Assembly: GCA_026389695.1 (NCBI GenBank)
Contig: JAPLHI010000036.1
Location: 1-61,559, forward strand
Source: Chloroflexota bacterium
GTDB lineage: Bacteria > Chloroflexota > Dehalococcoidia > GIF9 > UBA5629
Length of the DNA stretch: 61,559 bases
Reading direction: 5' to 3'
The position numbers and the translations under genes were made by a program. Positions 17,624-27,025 of the stretch are shown here, piece after piece. Each line of letters starts with the position of its first letter. The stretch's first letter is position 1. The notes under the pieces are model-generated. The model saw only the letters and a list, made by a program, of their open reading frames with translations, was not told the origin of the DNA and did not search any database.

Positions 17624-18688
17624 TCACCCCCGCGGTTTCTTTGGCTTAGGCCTGAAAATTACTTCAGGTCTCTCCTGATCTTCTTTGTGTATATTTTTTT
17701 CTTCATCGACCAATTTATGAACAGCTGTTACAAGTTCGCTTAAACCAAGACCTTCTTTTGCTGAGATTTGAAAAACCGGCCATTCGAATCTACGAAGCTT
17801 ATCCGGATTGGTTATCAGTAGTTCATTAGTATCCCAAGTATCGATTTTGTTCACAGCAACTACACATTTTTTCCGGGACATATCCGCATTAAATAAGGTA
17901 ACTTCTCTCACCAGGTTTTCCAGGGATTTTTCCATATCCATATCTCGCCCGTCAATCAGGTACACAATTACTCTTGCTTTCTCTGCATGACATAAAAATT
18001 TGTTACCCAAACCTTTACCCTGGTGCGCATTTTCCGTCAATCCCGGTAACTCTACCCATGTATATTGTTTCAGATTTTGTTTAGTTACTCCCAAAACCGG
18101 TTCACGTGTAGTAAACGGGTATTCTGCGATTTCAGGCCGGGCTTTTGACAGAGCCGCTAGAAGTGAAGATTTGCCGCTATTCGGGCATCCCAGGACACAA
18201 ACATCCGCAATTAGTTTAAACCGAAGCACGAGGTGATATTTTTCTCTATTTTCTCCTGATTGAGCCGTTTTAGGCGCCTGGTTGGTAGCAGTTGTAAAAT
18301 GAACGTTGCCTAAGCCACCTCTACCTCCCCTGGCTGCTACTACATCCTGACCATCCCTTCGTAGATCCGCAATTATCATCTCTTTTTCTTCTTGCTTTAT
18401 ATAAACAGAGGTCCCTATGGGTACATCAATACAAAGATCAGCTGCATGAGCGCCATGCATTTTTTGTTTTCCTCCAATCTCCCCGTTCACAGCCTTAAAG
18501 TTAGTCTTGTTTCTGAAGGAGCTCAAATCCACTATGTCTTTCCGCGCAATTAAAATAACATCACCACCTTTTCCACCATCGCCACCATCAGGGCCACCAA
18601 ACGGCAAATATTTCTCCCTCCTGAAGCTGGCAAGTCCACCACCTCCATTCCCTGCCTGTACTGTTATTTCAACTTTATCGACAAACAT
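17624..18688 (-). CDS. obg: GTPase Obg/CgtA
   Basis: N-terminal glycine-rich Obg fold (GNGGGG, GGPDGGDGGKGGDV) and a G domain with GCPNSGKSSLL; 354 aa. Confidence 0.92.
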   Translation of the reverse strand: MFVDKVEITVQAGNGGGGLASFRREKYLPFGGPDGGDGGKGGDVILIARKDIVDLSSFRNKTNFKAVNGEIGGKQKMHGAHAADLCIDVPIGTSVYIKQEEKEMIIADLRRDGQDVVAARGGRGGLGNVHFTTATNQAPKTAQSGENREKYHLVLRFKLIADVCVLGCPNSGKSSLLAALSKARPEIAEYPFTTREPVLGVTKQNLKQYTWVELPGLTENAHQGKGLGNKFLCHAEKARVIVYLIDGRDMDMEKSLENLVREVTLFNADMSRKKCVVAVNKIDTWDTNELLITNPDKLRRFEWPVFQISAKEGLGLSELVTAVHKLVDEEKNIHKEDQERPEVIFRPKPKKPRG

Positions 18689-18863
18689 ATTTAATAATAA
18701 GTATTACTTTATTAATAATAGAATATTAATTAATCATCTTAATAACAAGTATGTTAACGATGTGGATGATGTAGCTAGAACGTACGGGACTAGTGGGAAA
18801 TTAAAAAGACTTTTACACAAAAATGAACAACAATCCACACTAATGCGGATTTTATCCACATGG
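18689..18863. other. candidate replication origin (oriC): AT-rich unwinding tract plus DnaA boxes
   Basis: 18689-18760 is very AT-rich. Boxes: TGTGGATGA (18761-18769, reverse of TCATCCACA), CAATCCACA (18831-18839), perfect TTATCCACA (18852-18860), and degenerate TTTTACACA (18811-18819). Confidence 0.6.
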
Positions 18864-20231
18864 TTAAGTATTTTGAGCTTTTTGGCTCGATTTTAATAAG
18901 TCTCTGATGACTTCTACACTTTTACTTAATTGGGAATCAACGCTTATTTCAGATGAGATTTTATCGCAACCATGGATAACAGTTGTATGATCCCTGCCGC
19001 CTAACAATCTTCCGATCTCCGCCAGGGTGCAATGGTTTTGCTGGCGAAGTAAGTACATAATTATATGACGCGCCCTGGAGGTTTTAAGATCCCTTTTCTT
19101 GCTCGTGATAACCTCAGGAGAGATGGCAAAATAATCTGCCACGGTATTAATTATTACAGATGGACAATGATAATTATTCTGTTGCTTGGAAATAGAAACC
19201 ATATCAGATAGTACCTGCTTGGCTGCTGATAGGTCGATCTCTATTCCATTTAACCTGGCGTAAGTAGACAATCGTGTTAAGGCTCCCTCAAGTTCCCGCA
19301 CATTACGATAAAAATGAGAAGCCATATAATTCAAGACCTGGATATTAAAGGCAACTCTCATTTGCTGAGATTTCAATTCAAGGATATCAACCCGTGTCTT
19401 ATGATTCGGTGGATAAATGTCAGCCAGCAGCCCACCCTCGAGCCTTGATCTTAACCTTATGTGAAGTGATTCAATATCTTTGGGCGGGCGGTCACCTGTA
19501 ACCACTACCTGTCTGTTATCGTCAAGAAAATCATTTAATATATGGAAAATACATTCCTGTGTTTGTGTTTTTCCACTGAGGAACTGGACATCGTCCAGCA
19601 AGAAGATATCTATATCGTTAAACTTATTTCTGAATTCCTCTGCATTTTTATTGCGTATGGCCGCTATAAATTCGTTGGTGAATTGTTCGGAACTCATATA
19701 TAGCGTTGTTTGCTGTGATGCCCTGGCCACATGTCCGATAGCATGAAGTAAATGAGTTTTACCGGTACCCGTACCGCCGTAAATATATAAAGGATTGAAG
19801 GCTCCACCGGGATTATCGGCTATTTCAATGGCTGCCGTATAAGGAAGTCTGTTGCAATCGCCGGCTATAAAACTGCCAAAGGTATATTTTGGATTAAGAA
19901 AGGTTTGCCTGTTGAGTTCTCTAATTTTAAGACTTACTCCGCCGTCCGGCATCGTGCGGCTTATGGAATGCGCAGGTTCCTTTTTGACTGCCTGTACCTG
20001 AAACTGTACTTCGACATTCTGCCCGACAATAGTGGAAAGTGTCCTGCTCACCAGTGAATTCAGCCGGCTTTTCAACCACTCGGCAATGAACTCGGTCGGT
20101 ACCGCAACGACAAAAATGTTGTCGGAATAATCTACACCTCTGGTATCCTTAAGCCAGGTATTAAAATTAGCTTTATTAACCTGTAACTGCAACTCACCCA
20201 GTGCGGCTTGCCATATCTTGTCAGCTTGCAT
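18864..20231 (-). CDS. dnaA: chromosomal replication initiator protein DnaA
   Basis: Walker A GGTGTGKTHLL, box VII region, and C-terminal DNA-binding domain (ARHIIMYLLRQ...GGRDHTTVIHG); 455 aa. Confidence 0.95.
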   Translation of the reverse strand: MQADKIWQAALGELQLQVNKANFNTWLKDTRGVDYSDNIFVVAVPTEFIAEWLKSRLNSLVSRTLSTIVGQNVEVQFQVQAVKKEPAHSISRTMPDGGVSLKIRELNRQTFLNPKYTFGSFIAGDCNRLPYTAAIEIADNPGGAFNPLYIYGGTGTGKTHLLHAIGHVARASQQTTLYMSSEQFTNEFIAAIRNKNAEEFRNKFNDIDIFLLDDVQFLSGKTQTQECIFHILNDFLDDNRQVVVTGDRPPKDIESLHIRLRSRLEGGLLADIYPPNHKTRVDILELKSQQMRVAFNIQVLNYMASHFYRNVRELEGALTRLSTYARLNGIEIDLSAAKQVLSDMVSISKQQNNYHCPSVIINTVADYFAISPEVITSKKRDLKTSRARHIIMYLLRQQNHCTLAEIGRLLGGRDHTTVIHGCDKISSEISVDSQLSKSVEVIRDLLKSSQKAQNT

Positions 20232-20466
20232 GTGTATAATAATTCAGCCCCTATTTTTGACTAAATACCCCGTAAAAGGAACAAAAATCCCCTGAACAAA
20301 AAACGTCAAAGTATTGATGAAGTTAAGGAATTATTGCAATTGGTTTAGCCTGCTGGTATTATCCGCAGTGCACCCCCCGAAACAACAATAGATAGATTAC
20401 CATACAGGTCTTTTAGGCTGTCAATGGTTATTTTGACATAATGGGAAAAAAACTTTAAATTTTTGT
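20232..20466. promoter_or_regulatory. dnaA upstream / fmt divergent control region with near-consensus DnaA boxes
   Basis: TGTGTATAA (20231-20239, reverse of TTATACACA) and TTATCCGCA (20359-20367), each one mismatch from TTATCCACA. Confidence 0.4.
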
Positions 20467-21411
20467 ATGCATACGATGAAAGCCGTATTTATGGGATCGC
20501 CAACATTTGCACTCCCTTCTTTAGAAGCGTTAGTGTCAAATCAGTATAATGTGATCGCAGTTTACACTCAACCGGACAAGAAAACGGGCCGCGGTCAACA
20601 TGTTATGTCCTGCCCTGTAAAACGATATGCCGTATCACGTGATTTGAAGGTAATCCAGCCGGATAACTTTAAAGATGATCGCGAAATAGCAATGTTCGCT
20701 GCACTGAAACCGGATATTGTAATCGTCGCCGCTTATGGACAGATACTCCCTGAGGCTGTTTTATCAGTGCCGCAATATAAATGTATAAATATCCACCCGT
20801 CTCTATTGCCCAGGTACCGTGGGCCGTCTCCGATTGCGGAAGCTATTATAAATGGAGATGTCGTTACAGGTGTTACCATAATGTTAATTGAAAAGAAAGT
20901 CGATAGCGGTCCGATATTGAGCCAGAGAGAAATGCCGGTGCTGGAGGAGGATACGACAGATATTTTGTCTGAAAGGTTGGCCGGATTGGGAGCGGAATTA
21001 CTTATCGAGACTATTCCCGGTTGGGTATCGGGAAATGTCGTGCCGCAAATACAGGACGAAAGCAAAGCAAGTTGTACAAAAATGGCAGTCAAAGAAGATG
21101 GCGAACTGGACTGGAAATTACCTGCTATTCAACTATGGCGTAAAGTAAAGGCTTATCATCCATGGCCGGGATGTTATACAACCTGGAAAGATACGCGATT
21201 GAAAATTACCAGGGTTATTACACTTCCTTCTCAGAATGGAGGCCAAATCGGTGAGGTAAGTGCGCTATCCCGCACAGCACCGGCGAGAATAGCCGTTCGT
21301 ACAGGTGAAGGCTTGCTGGGGATTATTTGTGTCCAACCTGAAGGAAAGCGCGAGATGACAGCGGTTGAATTCCTAGCAGGCCATCGTGATTTCGTGGGCA
21401 GTGTTCTTTGA
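20467..21411 (+). CDS. fmt: methionyl-tRNA formyltransferase
   Basis: FMGSP.FA N-terminus, HPSLLPRYRGPSPI motif, C-terminal Fmt domain; 314 aa. Confidence 0.92.
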   Translation: MHTMKAVFMGSPTFALPSLEALVSNQYNVIAVYTQPDKKTGRGQHVMSCPVKRYAVSRDLKVIQPDNFKDDREIAMFAALKPDIVIVAAYGQILPEAVLSVPQYKCINIHPSLLPRYRGPSPIAEAIINGDVVTGVTIMLIEKKVDSGPILSQREMPVLEEDTTDILSERLAGLGAELLIETIPGWVSGNVVPQIQDESKASCTKMAVKEDGELDWKLPAIQLWRKVKAYHPWPGCYTTWKDTRLKITRVITLPSQNGGQIGEVSALSRTAPARIAVRTGEGLLGIICVQPEGKREMTAVEFLAGHRDFVGSVL

Positions 21412-21473
21412 CTTTACGCTATTCCACCAATAGACTTAATAGGTATACAGTAATATCCAGGAGTTAATATAAG

Positions 21474-22187
21474 ATGTTCTTTGATCCACTTTATCTCATT
21501 ATCATGGCGCCTGCCCTGATATTTATGATCTATGCGCAAATCAAAGTTAAATCCACGTATAGTAAATTTTCCAAAGTCTATAACCAGAAAAAGATAACGG
21601 GAGCGCAGGCTGCTTCCCAGATGCTAAAATCCAATGGGCTGGCTGATGTACCTGTCGAAACGGTACAGGGGAAATTGACCGATCATTACGATCCGACCAA
21701 AAAGGTGCTCAGGTTATCGCCGGAAGTAGCCAATACGCCTTCTGTGGCAGCAATTGGCATTGCGCTTCACGAGGTGGGACATGCGGTCCAGCATCAGACG
21801 AAGTATGCGTTTATGGGAGTTCGATCGGCGCTGGTGCCCGCAGCTAATATTGGCAGTACACTCGGCTGGATTTTGATTTTCATTGGCATTTTACTCATGG
21901 GTTTATCTAAAGCTTTTGCCGATTTTGGAAGCCTGATTGCGATGGCGGGCATTCTGCTCTTTGCGGCTGCCGTATTATTTACGCTGGTGACTCTTCCCGT
22001 CGAATTCAATGCCAGCAATCGTGCCCGGCAGATGATTAAGGAATCAGGCCTGCTCGTAGGACCGGAATATGACGGGGCTAGCGCGGTATTGTCCGCAGCG
22101 GCGCTTACCTACGTGGCGGCTATGCTCCAGGCTGTGGCACAACTTCTCTACTTCGTGCTCATAGTCTTCGGCGGGCGACGGGATTAA
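21474..22187 (+). CDS. membrane zinc metallopeptidase (YugP / Zn_peptidase_2-like)
   Basis: N-terminal TM segment, HEVGHAVQH zinc motif, two or three C-terminal TM segments; 237 aa. Confidence 0.75.
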   Translation: MFFDPLYLIIMAPALIFMIYAQIKVKSTYSKFSKVYNQKKITGAQAASQMLKSNGLADVPVETVQGKLTDHYDPTKKVLRLSPEVANTPSVAAIGIALHEVGHAVQHQTKYAFMGVRSALVPAANIGSTLGWILIFIGILLMGLSKAFADFGSLIAMAGILLFAAAVLFTLVTLPVEFNASNRARQMIKESGLLVGPEYDGASAVLSAAALTYVAAMLQAVAQLLYFVLIVFGGRRD

Positions 22188-22231
22188 AATAAACAGATCG
22201 AAAAGAACTTAAAGATACTGTTGCCATTACG

Positions 22232-22262
22232 GGCCAACCTGTGCTGTGCCGGTTGGCCTTAA
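22232..22262 (+). terminator. intrinsic terminator-like hairpin after the Zn-peptidase gene
   Basis: GGCCAACC, 11-nt loop, GGTTGGCC, followed by TTAATTTATTT. Confidence 0.45.
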
Positions 22263-22315
22263 TTTATTTATAATGGTTGCGGATCGAAAAACCTGAATAT
22301 AAGGGAATAAAAATA

Positions 22316-23113
22316 ATGGTTAATAAAAAAGCGGAATTCAGCGAAAAGGAACTTGGCCAATTCCATACATTTAAAAGTATAGTAGAAAAGCTGCGCGGCC
22401 CGGATGGCTGTCCCTGGGACAGGAAACAGACGCACGATTCCCTCAAACAATACCTTGTTGAAGAATGTTATGAGGTTCTTGAGACCATCGAAGAGAACAC
22501 ACCTTCAATGCTCCGTGAGGAACTGGGTGATTTATGGTTGCAGATAATGCTGCATACGCAGATAGCCGAAGAGTGCGGCGAGTTCACCTTTGAGGATGTT
22601 ATCCGGCAGATAAACGGCAAACTAATTCACCGTCATCCACACGTTTTTGGAAAAGCCAGAGCTGTGGATGCATGTGAAGCATCATTGAACTGGCAGGAAC
22701 TTAAAGGACAGGAAAAGCCGGAGAACCAGTCGTTGCTATCAGGCGTGCCGAAGAGCCTGCCGGCCCTGGCTTACAGCCAGTCCATTCAACGGCGGGCAGC
22801 CTCTGTGGGATTCGATTGGGACAAACTGGGAGATGTTATTGACAAGCTATCCGAGGAGGTTGAGGAACTGCGCATGGCTGATAATCAAGAGAAAAAAGTG
22901 GAAGAGTTCGGGGATATCTTATTTACACTGGCTAATATAGCCAGGCACATGGATATCGAGCTCGAATCTGCTTTAAGGAAGGCAAACACGCGTTTCTCTA
23001 AACGATTTAATTATATGGAAGAGACATGCAGGCAGAAGGGTGTGGAGCTGCGCAGTCTTTCCCTAACAGAGATGGATGCATTGTGGGATGAAGCAAAGAC
23101 TGTGGGGCGGTAA
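22316..23113 (+). CDS. mazG: nucleoside triphosphate pyrophosphohydrolase MazG
   Basis: Two MazG repeats ([12 protein letters not shown]...ELGDLWLQI and EEVEELRMA...[10 protein letters not shown]). The ORF is open from 22277, but ATG 22316 lies downstream of the preceding terminator. Confidence 0.85.
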   Translation: MVNKKAEFSEKELGQFHTFKSIVEKLRGPDGCPWDRKQTHDSLKQYLVEECYEVLETIEENTPSMLREELGDLWLQIMLHTQIAEECGEFTFEDVIRQINGKLIHRHPHVFGKARAVDACEASLNWQELKGQEKPENQSLLSGVPKSLPALAYSQSIQRRAASVGFDWDKLGDVIDKLSEEVEELRMADNQEKKVEEFGDILFTLANIARHMDIELESALRKANTRFSKRFNYMEETCRQKGVELRSLSLTEMDALWDEAKTVGR

Positions 23114-23115
23114 AC

Positions 23116-23192
23116 TGGTCGGGGAGAGAGGACTCGAACCTCCGGCCTCAGCGTCCCGAACGCTGCGCGCTAACCAACTGCGCTACTCCCCG
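23116..23192 (-). tRNA. tRNA-Pro (anticodon CGG)
   Basis: The reverse complement folds as a cloverleaf: acceptor CGGGGAG/CTCCCCG, D stem GCGC/GCGC, anticodon stem CAGCG/CGCTG with loop TTCGGGA, T arm GGAGG-TTCGAGT-CCTCT, discriminator A, encoded CCA. Confidence 0.9.
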
Positions 23193-23253
23193 GGCAGGTA
23201 GATAATTATAGTCGGCTTTCACTTTTGGGGCAACAATTGTAAACTAATTTATT

Positions 23254-24441
23254 ATGAAATTTTGCGTAGTTGTAATGGATGGGGCATCAGGGTGGCCATT
23301 AAGGGAACGCGATAATAAAACGTGCCTGGAACTGGCGTATACACCAAATCTCGATGCTATGGCCCGCGAAAGCTTGATGGGCACAACGCTGACTGTTCCT
23401 TCGGGCATGGAGCCCAGCAGTGCCTGCGCATGCATGTCCGTTATGGGATATGACCCCACCGTCTATTACCGGGGCAGAAGCGGCATCGAGGCCCGCAGCA
23501 TGGGTATACCGGTAGATAACGGAGAGGTTGTGTTCCGCTGCAACCTGGTGACAGTGCTCAATGGTACGATGGCGAGCTATAGTGCAGGGCATATTAGCAC
23601 CGGTGAAGCCGGCGCTATTATAGAAACCTTAAACCAAAAATTGGGATCAGACACGGTCAGGTTTTTCCCGGGCGTGAATTATCGTCATATTTGTAAGTTG
23701 ATCAACAGGGTAGATACACTCAATGCTGTATGTACCCCTCCACACGATATAACGGATAAACCTGTGGCACAATTCCTGCCGCAGGGTAAAGGCGGGGTTT
23801 ATTTAACAGAACTGATGAAGCAGTCAGAGCCGATTCTAGCTAACCATCCGATAAATATGGAAAGGAAAAAGAACGTCAAATTACCTGCAACAACTATCTG
23901 GCTTTTCTGGCCCAGCGGGCAGATACCTGAAATGCCCCCGTTTAAACAGGAATATGGCTTAAAGGCTGCATTGACATCGGGAGTAGACCTGTTGCGCGGT
24001 CTTGCCAAGATGGCGGACATGGAGATATTACAGATCAGCGGAGTCACAGATGGCCTGGATAACGATTATGCAGCTCAGGTTGGCGGCGCCCTCAAAGCAC
24101 TTGAGAGAAACGATCTGGTAGTTCTGCACATAGAAGCGCCTGACGAGATGGGACATCGAGGCTCTGCAGATGACAAAATTAAGGCCATTGACTTGATCGA
24201 TAAAGAAGTAATCGGTAAGATACGTTCGTGGAAAAAGGATGATATTAAAGTACTGGTGATGCCTGATCATCCTACCCCGATACAGCTTAAAACTCATTGC
24301 GGCGATCCGGTACCATTTCTGATCTGGGGCAAGTCGGTTATAAGCAATGGCAGCAGGCGATTTACCGAAGCGGAAGCCCTCAAAACAGGCTTGTTTATAG
24401 AGCCGGGTTATAAAATTATGCGTAAGCTCATCGAGCAGTAA
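23254..24441 (+). CDS. cofactor-independent phosphoglycerate mutase family protein (ApgM-like; possibly a homoserine kinase analog)
   Basis: Metalloenzyme-superfamily motifs VVMDGASG, HIEAPDEMGHRG and PDHPTP; 395 aa. Sits directly upstream of aspartokinase. Confidence 0.75.
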   Translation: MKFCVVVMDGASGWPLRERDNKTCLELAYTPNLDAMARESLMGTTLTVPSGMEPSSACACMSVMGYDPTVYYRGRSGIEARSMGIPVDNGEVVFRCNLVTVLNGTMASYSAGHISTGEAGAIIETLNQKLGSDTVRFFPGVNYRHICKLINRVDTLNAVCTPPHDITDKPVAQFLPQGKGGVYLTELMKQSEPILANHPINMERKKNVKLPATTIWLFWPSGQIPEMPPFKQEYGLKAALTSGVDLLRGLAKMADMEILQISGVTDGLDNDYAAQVGGALKALERNDLVVLHIEAPDEMGHRGSADDKIKAIDLIDKEVIGKIRSWKKDDIKVLVMPDHPTPIQLKTHCGDPVPFLIWGKSVISNGSRRFTEAEALKTGLFIEPGYKIMRKLIEQ

Positions 24442-24485
24442 TTAGAAATCAATATTCTATAATAAATTATAAGGTAGTTGCAGAT

Positions 24486-25703
24486 ATGGCGATAGTAGTA
24501 CAAAAATATGGCGGAAGCTCAGTGGCTGATGCCGATAAAATCAGAAACGTTGCACGTCGCATTGCCGAAAAATACACAAAAGGCGAGAAAGTCGTTGCGG
24601 TGGTATCGGCCATGGGGGATACAACGGATAACCTCCTGGATCTGGCAAGTAAAATCAATGCCAACCCTGAACCACGTGAGATGGATTTGCTCCTCTCTAC
24701 GGGTGAAATAGTATCAAGTACCCTGCTTGCCATGGCGCTGCACGCCAGCGGCTTTAAAGCCATAGCCTTGAGTGGGCCGCAAGCGGGTATTTCTACCGAT
24801 GCCAGTTTCAGCAGGGCGAGGATAACAGGTATCCAACCCAGGCGCATTATAAAAGAATTGGACAGGGGTAATATTGTCATCGTGGCGGGATTCCAGGGTA
24901 TGACCAAGGATAAAGATATAACCACGCTTGGTAGAGGCGGCTCTGACACCACGGCTGTGGCACTGGCTGTCAGTCTAAAGGCCAATATTTGTGAAATTTA
25001 CACTGATGTCGAAGGTGTATATACAGCCGACCCGCGCATTGTCCCGGAGGCAAATAAACTCAGCGAGATAGGTTATGAAGAGATGCTTGAGATGGCCACC
25101 TCAGGTGCAAAGGTAATGCATCATCGCGCAGTTGAACTGGGCCAGGTATTCAACATGCCTATACTAGTAGCATCAAGCTATGTAGAAAAGCCGGGCACCA
25201 TTATACATGGAGGAGACAACATGGAAGCAAGAAATAAGGTTAGAGGCATAGCACATGATATGGATGTGGCAAAGATAACTATTGCCGGCGTTCCTGATAG
25301 GCCGGGCATAGCGGCAGCGATATTCCTGCCGATGGCCAGAGAAGGCATTAGTGTGGATACTATTGTCCAGAATGCAAGCGCTAATAACATTACGGATCTT
25401 ACATTCACCGTATCCAGAGGAGATCTTAAAAAGGCTATGGAGATTGTAAAACCGGTTGCCCATGAGATAGGTGCTAAAGAATGCCTCAGTAACTCCGCGA
25501 TGGGTAAAGTATCTATTATCGGCATCGGGATGCAAAATACTCCCGGCTATGCGGCCAAGATGTTTCAGACTCTTTCTGAACAGGGCATTAACATAGAGTT
25601 GATTACGACTTCAGAAATACGCATCACCTGTATAATATCCGAAGATAAAATAAAGGACGCAGTTAAAGCCCTGCATAAGGTTTTTGAACTTGATAAGGGG
25701 TAA
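24486..25703 (+). CDS. lysC: aspartate kinase with tandem ACT domains
   Basis: VQKYGGSSV N-terminus, GRGGSDTTA, and two ACT-like repeats in the C-terminal 150 aa; 405 aa. Confidence 0.92.
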   Translation: MAIVVQKYGGSSVADADKIRNVARRIAEKYTKGEKVVAVVSAMGDTTDNLLDLASKINANPEPREMDLLLSTGEIVSSTLLAMALHASGFKAIALSGPQAGISTDASFSRARITGIQPRRIIKELDRGNIVIVAGFQGMTKDKDITTLGRGGSDTTAVALAVSLKANICEIYTDVEGVYTADPRIVPEANKLSEIGYEEMLEMATSGAKVMHHRAVELGQVFNMPILVASSYVEKPGTIIHGGDNMEARNKVRGIAHDMDVAKITIAGVPDRPGIAAAIFLPMAREGISVDTIVQNASANNITDLTFTVSRGDLKKAMEIVKPVAHEIGAKECLSNSAMGKVSIIGIGMQNTPGYAAKMFQTLSEQGINIELITTSEIRITCIISEDKIKDAVKALHKVFELDKG

Positions 25704-25711
25704 ATTTAATC

Positions 25712-25930
25712 CTAAACGGCTACGACTTCCTTCACGTCGGTAAGTTTTTCTTTGAGGAAGCGTTCAATACCCTTTTTAAGCGTCATTGTTGACATCGGAC
25801 AGCCGGCGCATGCCCCCTTCAAGCGAACACTCACGATTCCGTCTTTGACATCAATTAATTCAACATCGCCGCCGTCTGCCTGAAGACTGGGGCGGATGAT
25901 GTTAAGAACTTCCTGTACTTTTTCTTTCAT
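25712..25930 (-). CDS. NifU/Nfu-type Fe-S cluster scaffold domain protein
   Basis: 72 aa with [14 protein letters not shown] and the CAGCPMS CxxC motif. Confidence 0.85.
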   Translation of the reverse strand: MKEKVQEVLNIIRPSLQADGGDVELIDVKDGIVSVRLKGACAGCPMSTMTLKKGIERFLKEKLTDVKEVVAV

Positions 25931-25969
25931 TATTACACCTTCTTGTTGACTAAATTGGGTTTACATGGT

Positions 25970-25998
25970 AATTTAGCACCGCCAAAAAGGGTTGTCAA
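25970..25998 (-). promoter_or_regulatory. candidate promoter for the Nfu-like gene
   Basis: On the minus strand: TTGACA, 17 nt, TAAATT; about 35 nt upstream of the start codon. Confidence 0.35.
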
Positions 25999-26134
25999 AC
26001 AAGCGAACTTATTTTGAACGTATAATTGCAGATATGAAATCGATATATGTGGGTTGGCATAAAAGTAAGTTGAACAGCCGGGCGCCCTTATGACACATTT
26101 GCCTTTGCTTCGGTAGTATTATTAAATAGAATGT

Positions 26135-26162
26135 TTGCACAAAACGTATTAGTTGTTATGAT
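26135..26162 (+). promoter_or_regulatory. candidate promoter for the TPR-gyrA unit
   Basis: TTGCAC, 16 nt, TATGAT; about 20 nt upstream of ATG 26183. Confidence 0.3.
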
Positions 26163-26182
26163 AGTAGCTAAGGATCAGCAGA

Positions 26183-27022
26183 ATGCCGGAACGTGACGAA
26201 GAAAAAGCCAGAATATGGCGCAAAATTGCCCAGGATGCCATCAAGCTGGCTACGGAAAACCGCTGGAAGGAAGCCGTAGCTGCCAATGAGAGGATCATAG
26301 AGGTTTTCCCGACTGACGTTGACGCCTATAACAGGCTGGGCCGTGCCCATATGGAACTGGGGGACTATAAGAAAGCCAGGGATGCTTATAGCAGGACACT
26401 GGAGCTGTCACCCAGTAATATTATAGCCAGAAAGAACCTGGAGCGGCTGGCCTTACTCAAAGGGGTCAATGTAGCCAAGAAGGAGCAGCGCCGCAAGGTA
26501 CCTCCCAATGCTTTCATTGCGGAAGTGGGCAAAGCAGGTGTGGTTAATTTAAAGGAACTGGCTCCCCAGCCTGTGCTGGTCAGTATGGCTCCGGGTGAGC
26601 AGGTTTTTCTCAAAGTAAGAAACCAGGATGTCGTTGCTGAAAATGACAAGAAGGAGTATTTGGGAGTTGTAGAGCCGGAGCACGGGCTTCGGCTGGCGAA
26701 GCTTATTAAAGGTGGAAACCAGTATATTTCGGCTATTGTCAGCCTTGACGGAGATAAAGTTAAAGTTATAATCCGCGAGACTTTTCAACATCCCAGCCAG
26801 GCAGGCAAACTTTCCTTTCCTATTAAGACAGCTGAAGCTTACCCCGCTCATGTTAAAGACAGCCTGCTCCGGCACAGCGCCGGCGAGGAAGAAGGCCTGG
26901 AAGAAATTGAATATGCCGAGTCTGAGGATGTTGAAACTGTACCGGAGGGTTTTTCCATATTTGAGGGATTCACGGCTCCCGATGACATAAATTCACACAA
27001 CCGTTTCGGAGACGAGGAGTAA
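26183..27022 (+). CDS. TPR-repeat protein
   Basis: N-terminal TPR-like repeats (AYNRLGRAHMELGDYKKARDAYSRTLELSP) and an acidic C-terminus. The stop lies 3 nt before the gyrA start. Confidence 0.6.
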   Translation: MPERDEEKARIWRKIAQDAIKLATENRWKEAVAANERIIEVFPTDVDAYNRLGRAHMELGDYKKARDAYSRTLELSPSNIIARKNLERLALLKGVNVAKKEQRRKVPPNAFIAEVGKAGVVNLKELAPQPVLVSMAPGEQVFLKVRNQDVVAENDKKEYLGVVEPEHGLRLAKLIKGGNQYISAIVSLDGDKVKVIIRETFQHPSQAGKLSFPIKTAEAYPAHVKDSLLRHSAGEEEGLEEIEYAESEDVETVPEGFSIFEGFTAPDDINSHNRFGDEE

Positions 27023-27025
27023 AGC

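Noticed and set aside
18507-18896. 129-aa plus-strand ORF spanning the obg start, the AT-rich gap and the dnaA 3' end.
   Set aside because: It overlaps two conserved genes on the other strand and otherwise reads through the AT-rich origin-like tract (NNKYYFINNRILINHLNNKY). It is a compositional artefact.
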